Assembly: GCA_964016885.1 (NCBI GenBank)
Contig: OZ024741.1
Span: forward strand, 248,806,001 to 248,870,000
DNA length: 64,000 bases
DNA from: Eledone cirrhosa
Taxonomy: Eukaryota
Direction: 5' to 3'
A program made the position numbers and the translations under genes. The notes below the pieces were generated by a model that saw only the letters and a program-made list of their open reading frames with translations, did no database searches and was not told where the DNA came from. Position 1 is the first letter of the stretch. Every line of letters starts with the position of its first letter. Positions 56,001 through 64,000 of this stretch are shown here, in pieces.

Positions 56001-59000
56001 CCAAGGGGAGATAATTTCCAGCCGTCCAAGGGGAGATAATTTCCAGCCGTCCAAGGGGAGATAATATCCAGCCGTCCAAGGAGACATATTTTCCAGCCGT
56101 CCAAGGAGAGGTAATTTCTAGCCGTCCAAGGGGAGATAAGTTCCAGCCTCCAAGGGGAGATAATTTCCAGCCAGCCAAGGGGAGATAATTTGTAAAAAAA
56201 TCAGGGGGGAGATAATTTGTAAAAAAAATCAGGGGGAGATAATTTGAAAAAAAAATCAGGGGGAGATAATTTGTAAAAAATATCAAGGGGAGATAATTTC
56301 CAGCCCTCCAAGGGGCTATAATTTCCAGCCGTGCAAGGGGAGATAATTTCCAGCCGTCCAAGGGGAGATAATTTCCATCCTTCCAAGGGGAGATAATTTC
56401 CAGCCGTCCAAGGGGAGATAATTTCCCGCCAGCCAAGGGAAGATAATTTTTTAAAAAATCAGGCGGAGATTGTAAAAAAAATCAGGGGGAGATAATTTGT
56501 AAAAAAATCAGGGGGAGATAATTTGTAAAAAAAAAATCAGGGGGAGATAATTTGTAAAAAAAAATCAGGGGAAGATAATTTGTAAAAAAAATCAGGGGTG
56601 ATAATTTGTAAAAAAAATCAGGGGTAGATAATTTGTAAAAAAAATCAGGGGGAGATAATTTGTAAAAAAAATCAGGGGTAGATAATTTTCAGCCGTCCAA
56701 GGGGAGATAATTTCCATCCTTCCAAGGGGAGATAATTTCCAGCCGTCCAAGGGGAGATAATTTCCCGCCAGCCAAGGAGAGATAACATTTAAAAAAATCA
56801 GGCGGAGATAATTTGTAAAAAAATCAGGGGGAGATAATTTGTAAAAAAAATCAGGGGTAGATAATTTTCAGCCGTCCAAGGGGAGATAATTTCCATCCTT
56901 CCAAGGGGAGATAATTTCCAGCCGTCCAAGGGGAGATAATTTCCCGCCAGCCAAGGAGAGATAACATTTAAAAAAATCAGGGGGAGATAATTTGTAAAAA
57001 AAAATCAGGGGGAGATAATTCGTAAAAAAAAATCAGGGGAAGATAATTTGTAAAAAAAAATCAGGGGTAGATAATTTGTAAAAAAATCAAGGGGAGATAA
57101 TTTCCAGCCGTCCAAGGGGAGATAATTTTCAGCCGTCCAAGGAGAGGTAATTTCTAGCCGTCCAAGGGGAGATAATTTCCAGCCGTCCAAGGGGAGATAA
57201 TTTTTTTAAAAAAATCAGGCGGAGATAATTTGTAAACAAAAATCAGGGGGAGATAATTTGTAAAAAAAAATCAGGGGGAGATAATTTGTAAAAAAAAATC
57301 AGGGGGAGATAATTTGTAAAAAAAATCAAGGGCAGATAATTTGTAAAAAAAAATCAGGGGTAGATAATTTGTAAAAAAAAATCAGGGGGAGATAATTTGT
57401 AAAAAAAAATCAAGGGGAGATAATTTGTAAAAAAATCAAGGGGAGATAATTTCCAGCCGTCCAAGGGGAGATAATTTTCAGCCGTCCAAGGAGAGGTAAT
57501 TTCTAGCCGTCCAAGGGGAGATAATTTCCAGCCAGCCAAGGGGAGATAATTTGTAAAAAAATCAGGGGTAGATAATTTGTAAAAAAAAATCAGGGGGAGA
57601 TAATTTGTAAAAAAAATCAGGGGGAGATAATTTGTAAAAAAAATCAGGGGGAGATAATTTGTAAAAAAAATCAGGGGTAGATAATTTTCAGCCGTCCAAG
57701 GGGAGATAATTTCCATCCTTCCAAGGGGAGATAATTTCCAGCCGTCCAAGGGGAGATAATTTCCCGCCAGCCAAGGAGAGATAACATTTAAAAAAATCAG
57801 GCGGAGATAATTTGTAAAAAAAATCAGGGGGAGATAATTTGTAAAAAAATCAGGGGGAGATAATTTGTAAAGAAAATCAGGGGTAGATAATTTCCAGCCG
57901 TCCAAGGGGAGATAATTTCCATCCTTCCAAGGGGAGATAATTTCCAGCCGTCCAAGGGGAGATAATTTCCCGCCAGCCAAGGAGAGATAATATTTAAAAA
58001 AATCAGGCGGAGATAATTTGTAAAAAAAATCAGGGGGAGATAATTTGTAAAAAAATCAGGGGGAGATAATTTGTAAAAAAAAATCAGGGGGAGATAATTT
58101 GTAAAAAAAATCAGGGGGAGATAATTTGTAAAAAAAATCAGGGGTAGATAATTTGTAAAAAAAAATCAGAGGGAGATAATTTGTAAAAAAAAAATCAGGG
58201 GGAGATAATTTGTAAAAAAATCAAGGGGAGATAATTTCCAGCCGTCCAAGGGGAGATAATTTTCAGCCGTCCAAGGAGAGGTAATTTCTAGCCGTCCAAG
58301 GGGAGATAATTTCCAGCCGTCCAAGGGGAGATAATTTTTTAAAAAAAATCAGGCGGAGATAATTTGTAAACAAAAATCAGGGGGAGATAATTTGTAAAAA
58401 AAAATCAGGGGGAGATAATTTGTAAAAAAAAATCAGGGGGAGATAATTTGTAAAAAAAATCAAGGGGAGATAATTTCCAGCCGTCCAAGGGGAGGTAATA
58501 TCTAGCCATCCAAGGGGAGATAATTTCCAGCCGTCCAAGGGGAGATAATTTCAGCCGTCCAAGGGGAGATAATATCCAGCCGTCCAAGGAGACATATTTT
58601 CCAGCCGTCCAAGGAGAGGTAATTTCTAGCCGTCCAAAGGGAGATAAGTTCCAGCCTCCAAGGGGAGATAATTTCCAGCCAGCCAAGGGGAGATAATTTG
58701 TAAAAAAATCAGGGGGAGATAATTTGTAAAAAAAAAATCAGGGGGAGATAATTTGTAAAAAAATCAGGGGGAGATAATTTGTAAAAAAAAAATCAGGGGG
58801 AGATAATTTGTAAAAAAAATCAGGGGGAGATAATTTGTAAAAAAAATCAGGGGTAGATAATTTGTAAAAAAAATCAGGGGGAGATAATTTGTAAAAAAAA
58901 TCAGGGGGAGATAATTTGTAAAAAAAATCAGGGGTAGATAATTTTCAGCCGTCCAAGGGGAGATAATTTCCATCCTTCCAAGGGGAGATAATTTCCAGCC

Positions 59001-61867
59001 GTCCAAGGGGAGATAATTTCCCGCCAGCCTAGGAGAGATAACATTTTAAAAAATCAGGCGGAGATAATTTGTAAAAAAAATCAGGGGGAGATAATTTGTA
59101 AAAAAATCAGGGGGAGATAATTTGTAAAAAAAATCAGGGGTAGATAATTTCCAGCCGTCCAAGGGGAGATAATTTCCATCCTTCCAAGGGGAGATAATTT
59201 CCAGCCGTCCAAGGGGAGATAATTTCCCGCCAGCCAAGGAGAGATAATATTTAAAAAAATCAGGCGGAGATAATTTGTAAAAAAAATCAGGGGGAGATAA
59301 TTTGTAAAAAAATCAGGGGGAGATAATTTGTAAAAAAAAAATCAGGGGGAGATAATTTGTAAAAAAAATCAGGGGGAGATAATTTGTAAAAAAAAATCAG
59401 GGGTAGATAATTTGTAAAAAAAAATCAGGGGGAGATAATTTGTAAAAAAAAATCAGGGGGAGATAATTTGTAAAAAAATCAAGGGGAGATAATTTCCAGC
59501 CGTCCAAGGGGAGATAATTTTCAGCCGTCCAAGGAGAGGTAATTTCTAGCCGTCCAAGGGGAGATAATTTCCAGCCGTCCAAGGGGAGATAATTTTTTTA
59601 AAAAAATCAGGCGGAGATAATTTGTAAACAAAAATCAGGGGGAGAGAATTTGTAAAAAAAAATCAGGGGGAGATAATTTGTAAAAAAAAATCAGGGGGAG
59701 ATAATTTGTAAAAAAAATCAAGGGGAGATAATTTCCAGCCGTCCAAGGGGAGGTAACATCTAGCCATCCAAGGGGAGATAATTTCCAGCCGTCCAAGGGG
59801 AGATAATTTCCAGCCGTCTAAGGGGAGATAATATCCAGCCGTCCAAGGAGACATATTTTCCAGCCGTCCAAGGAGACGTAACTTCTTGCCGTCCAAGGGG
59901 AGATAAGTTCCAGCCTCCAAGGGGAGATAATTTCCAGCCAGCCAAGGGGAGATAATTTGTAAAAAAATTAGGGGGAGATAATTTGTAAAAAAAAATTAGG
60001 GGGAGATAATTTGTAAAAAAAAATCAGGTGGAGATAATTTGTAAAAAAAAATCAGGGGGAGATAATTTGTAAAAAAAATCAAGGGGAGATAATTTCCAGC
60101 CGTCCAAGGGGAGATAATTTTCAGCCGTCCAAGGAGAGGTAAATTGTAGCCGTCCAAGGAGATATAATTTCCAGCCGTCCAAGGGGAGATAATTTCCAGC
60201 CGTCCAAGGGGAGATAATTTTTTTAAAAAAATCAGGCGGAGATAATTTGTAAACAAAAATCAGGGGGAGATAATTTTTAAAAAAAAATCAGGGGGAGATA
60301 ATTTGTAAAAAAAAATCAGGGGGAGATAATTTGTAAAAAAAATCAAGGGGAGATAATTTCCAGCCGTCCAAGGGGAGGTAATATCTAGCCATCCAAGGGG
60401 AGATAATTTCCAGCCGTCCAAGGGGAGATAATTTCCAGCCGTCCAAGGGGAGATAATATCCAGCCGTCCAAGGAGACATATTTTCCAGCCGTCCAAGGAG
60501 AGGTAATTTCTAGCCGTCCAAGGGGAGATAAGTTCCAGCCTCCAAGGGGAGATAATTTCCAGCCAGCCAAGGGGAGATAATTTGTAAAAAAATCAGGGGG
60601 GAGATAATTTGTAAAAAAAATCAGGGGGAGATAATTTGAAAAAAAAATCAGGGGGAGATAATTTGTAAAAAATATCAAGGGGAGATAATTTCCAGCCCTC
60701 CAAGGGGCTATAATTTCCAGCCGTGCAAGGGGAGATAATTTCCAGCCGTCCAAGGGGAGATAATTTCCATCCTTCCAAGGGGAGATAATTTCTAGCCGTC
60801 CAAGGGGAGATAATTTCCCGCCAGCCAAGGGAAGATAATTTTTTAAAAAATCAGGCGGAGATTGTAAAAAAAATCAGGGGGAGATAATTTGTAAAAAAAT
60901 CAGGGGGAGATAATTTGTAAAAAAAAAATCAGGGGGAGATAATTTGTAAAAAAAAATCAGGGGGAGATAATTTGTAAAAAAAATCAGGGGTGATAATTTG
61001 TAAAAAAAATCAGGGGTAGATAATTTGTAAAAAAAATCAGGGGGAGATAATTTGTAAAAAAAATCAGGGGGAGATAATTTGTAAAAAAATCAGGGGGAGA
61101 TAATTTGTAAAAAAAAAATCAGGGGGAGATAATTTGTAAAAAAAATCAGGGGGAGATAATTTGTAAAAAAAATCAGGGGTAGATAATTTGTAAAAAAAAT
61201 CAGGGGGAGATAATTTGTAAATAAAATCAGGGGGAGATAATTTGTAAAAAAAATCAGGGGTAGATAATTTTCAGCCGTCCAAGGGGAGATAATTTCCATC
61301 CTTCCAAGGGGAGATAATTTCCAGCCGTCCAAGGGGAGATAATTTCCCGCCAGCCAAGGAGAGATAATATTTAAAAAAATCAGGCGGAGATAATTTGTAA
61401 AAAAAATCAGGGGGAGATAATTTGTAAAAAAATCAGGGGGAGATAATTTGTAAAAAAAAATCAGGGGGAGATAATTTGTAAAAAAAATCAGGGGGAGATA
61501 ATTTGTAAAAAAAAATCAGGGGTAGATAATTTGTAAAAAAAAATCAGGGGGAGATAATTTGTAAAAAAAAATCAGGGGGAGATAATTTGTAAAAAAATCA
61601 AGGGGAGATAATTTCCAGCCGTCCAAGGGGAGATAATTTTCAGCCGTCCAAGGAGAGGTAATTTCTAGCCGTCCAAGGGGAGATAATTTCCAGCCGTCCA
61701 AGGGGAGATAATTTTTTAAAAAAAATCAGGCGGAGATAATTTGTAAACAAAAATCAGGGGGAGAGAATTTGTAAAAAAAAATCAGGGGGAGATAATTTGT
61801 AAAAAAAAATCAGGGGGAGATAATTTGTAAAAAAAATCAAGGGGAGATAATTTCCAGCCGTCCAAGG
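44082..61867 (+). repeat. Tandem duplication of 8,842 bp (two near-identical copies)
   Basis: Constant 8,842 offset of many ORF-track landmarks (44458/53300, 45302/54144, 46451/55293, 48512/57354, 51154/59996, 52248/61090, 52912/61754). Private variants AGGTGAGG (44184/53026), GGGGGGATCATTT (~44860/53702), GGGGACATA, GGCAGAT, AAAGAAAA and GTAAATAAAA are shared. Confidence 0.93.
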
Positions 61868-64000
61868 GGAGGTAATATCTAGCCATCCAAGGGGAGATAA
61901 TTTCCAGCCGTCCAAGGGGAGATAATTTCCAGCCGTCCAAGGGGAGATAATATCCAGCCGTCCAAGGAGACATATTTTCCAGCCGTCCAAGGAGACGTAA
62001 TTTCTAGCCGTCCAAGGGGAGATAAGTTCCAGCCTCCAAGGGGAGATAATTTCCAGCCAGCCAAGGGGAGATAATTTGTAAAAAAATTAGGGGGAGATAA
62101 TTTGTAAAAAAAAATTAGGGGGAGATAATTTGTAAAAAAAAATCAGGGGGAGATAATTTGTAAAAAAATATCAGGGGGAGATAATTTGTAAAAAAAATCA
62201 AGGGGAGATAATTTCCAGCCGTCCAAGGGGAGATAATTTTCAGCCGTCCAAGGAGAGGTAAATTGTAGCCGTCCAAGGAGATATAATTTCCAGCCGTCCA
62301 AGGGGAGATAATTTCCAGCCGTCCAAGGGGAGATAATTTTTAAAAAAAAATCAGGCGGAGATAATTTGTAAACAAAAATCAGGGGGAGATAATTTTTAAA
62401 AAAAAATCAGGGGGAGATAATTTGTAAAAAAAAATCAGGGGGAGATGATTTGTAAAAAAAATCAAGGGGAGATAATTTCCAGCCGTCCAAGGGGAGGTAA
62501 TATCTAGCCATCCAAGGGGAGATAATTTCCAGCCGTCCAAGGGGAGATAATTTCCAGCCGTCCAAGGGGAGATAATATCCAGCCGTCCAAGGAGACATAT
62601 TTTCCAGCCGTCCAAGGAGAGGTAATTTCTAGCCGTCCAAGGGGAGATAAGTTCCAGCCTCCAAGGGGAGATAATTTCCAGCCAGCCAAGGGGAGATAAT
62701 TTGTAAAAAAATCAGGGGGGAGATAATTTGTAAAAAAAATCAGGGGGAGATAATTTGAAAAAAAAATCAGGGGGAGATAATTTGTAAAAAATATCAAGGG
62801 GAGATAATTTCCAGCCCTCCAAGGGGCTATAATTTCCAGCCGTGCAAGGGGAGATAATTTCCAGCCGTCCAAGGGGAGATAATTTCCATCCTTCCAAGGG
62901 GAGATAATTTCCAGCCGTCCAAGGGGAGATAATTTCCCGCCAGCCAAGGGAAGATAATTTTTTAAAAAATCAGGCGGAGATTGTAAAAAAAATCAGGGGG
63001 AGATAATTTGTAAAAAAATCAGGGGGAGATAATTTGTAAAAAAAAAATCAGGGGGAGATAATTTGTAAAAAAAAATCAGGGGGAGATAATTTGTAAAAAA
63101 AATCAGGGGTGATAATTTGTAAAAAAAATCAGGGGTAGATAATTTGTAAAAAAAATCAGGGGGAGATAATTTGTAAAAAAAATCAGGGGGAGATAATTTG
63201 TAAAAAAAATCAGGGGTAGATAATTTTCAGCCGTCCAAGGGAAGATAATTTCCATCCTTCCAAGGGGAGATAATTTCCAGCCGTCCAAGGGGAGATAATT
63301 TCCCGCCAGCCAAGGAGAGATAACATTTAAAAAAATCAGGGGGAGATAATTTGTAAAAAAAAATCAGGGGGAGATAATTCGTAAAAAAAAATCAGGGGGA
63401 GATAATTTGTAAAAAAAAATCAGGGGTAGATAATTTGTAAAAAAAAATCAGGGGGAGATAATTTGTAAAAAAAAAATCAGGGGGAGATAATTTGTAAAAA
63501 AATCAAGGGGAGATAATTTCCAGCCGTCCAAGGGGAGATAATTTTCAGCCGTCCAAGGAGAGGTAATTTCTAGCCGTCCAAGGGGAGATAATTTCCAGCC
63601 GTCCAAGGGGAGATAATTTTTTTAAAAAAATCAGGCGGAGATAATTTGTAAACAAAAATCAGGGGGAGATAATTTGTAAAAAAAATCAGGGGGAGATAAT
63701 TTGTAAAAAAAAATCAGGGGGAGATAATTTGTAAAAAAAATCAAGGGGAGATAATTTGTAAAAAAAAATCAGGGGTAGATAATTTGTAAAAAAAAATCAG
63801 GGGGAGATAATTTGTAAAAAAAAAATCAGGGGGAGATAATTTGTAAAAAAATCAAGGGGAGATAATTTCCAGCCGTCCAAGGGGAGATAATTTTCAGCCG
63901 TCCAAGGAGAGGTAATTTCTAGCCGTCCAAGGGGAGATAATTTCCAGCCAGCCAAGGGGAGATAATTTGTAAAAAAATCAGGGGTAGATAATTTGTAAAA

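Larger units (their letters stand above)
1..64000 (+). repeat. Composite two-monomer tandem satellite array (25-bp type A CAAGGGGAGATAATTTCCAGCCGTC and 26-29-bp type B CAGGGGGAGATAATTTGT(A)7-10T), single orientation, running off both window ends
   Basis: Every line consists of these two units or 1-4-nt variants of them. The core GGRGATAATTT recurs every 23-29 bp on the + strand only. No unique spacer sequence was seen. Confidence 0.99.

Noticed and set aside
257-63288. All ORFs in the supplied track (61-208 aa, minus strand)
   Set aside because: They are translations of the two monomers in shifting frames (LPLIFFTNY, LSPPDFFYK, LSPLGRLEIISPW). They overlap in multiple frames, mostly begin at TTG codons within the repeat, and end wherever an A-tract shifts the frame onto TGA. 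There is no domain-like sequence.
1-64000. CRISPR array (constant repeat plus variable spacer)
   Set aside because: The 'spacers' are only 9-13 bp, fall into two recurring classes and repeat in fixed order. There are no unique spacers, leader or cas genes.
1-64000. Telomerase-made or other reverse-transcriptase-templated repeat (25-bp units occur in some yeast telomeres)
   Set aside because: kb-scale HORs and SNP-sharing duplications indicate DNA-level copying rather than reiterative synthesis from one short template, and the unit matches no telomere repeat I recognise. A recombination-maintained subtelomeric location is not excluded.
1-64000. Pure sequencing or assembly artefact
   Set aside because: Position-specific A-tract lengths and hierarchically shared SNPs indicate a real evolutionary history. 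Individual large duplications still need read-level confirmation.
1-64000. Plasmid iterons or replication origin
   Set aside because: Iteron clusters have a few to tens of copies next to a rep gene. Here there are thousands of copies and no gene.

Overview
The whole 64 kb window is one uninterrupted, head-to-tail satellite array of about 2,400 monomers (64,000 / ~26.4 bp). I see no unique sequence, gene, RNA gene, transposon or inversion. It is built from two monomer types that share a 16-bp core, CARGGGGAGATAATTT. Type A is 25 bp (core + CCAGCCGTC, 52% GC). Type B is 26-29 bp (core + GT-A7..10-T, about 30% GC). Runs of A monomers form recognisable modules, which I label P, Q, R and the rare S, separated by runs of B whose A-tract lengths follow a fixed order. 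The modules assemble into a 1,258-bp, 48-monomer higher-order repeat (HOR) and a ~1.7-1.9 kb variant. On top of this lie recent multi-kb duplications (offsets ~0.94, 1.29, 3.98, 5.27, 6.94/5.87 and 8.84 kb), a conversion-like mosaic patch, and a layered layout in which rare variants occur on both flanks but not in the middle. All ORFs in the track are translations of the repeat on the minus strand and are not credible genes. The source organism and function cannot be determined from the sequence alone. The architecture resembles eukaryotic centromeric/heterochromatic satellite (inference). All comparisons were made by eye and from ORF-track offsets, so boundaries are approximate.
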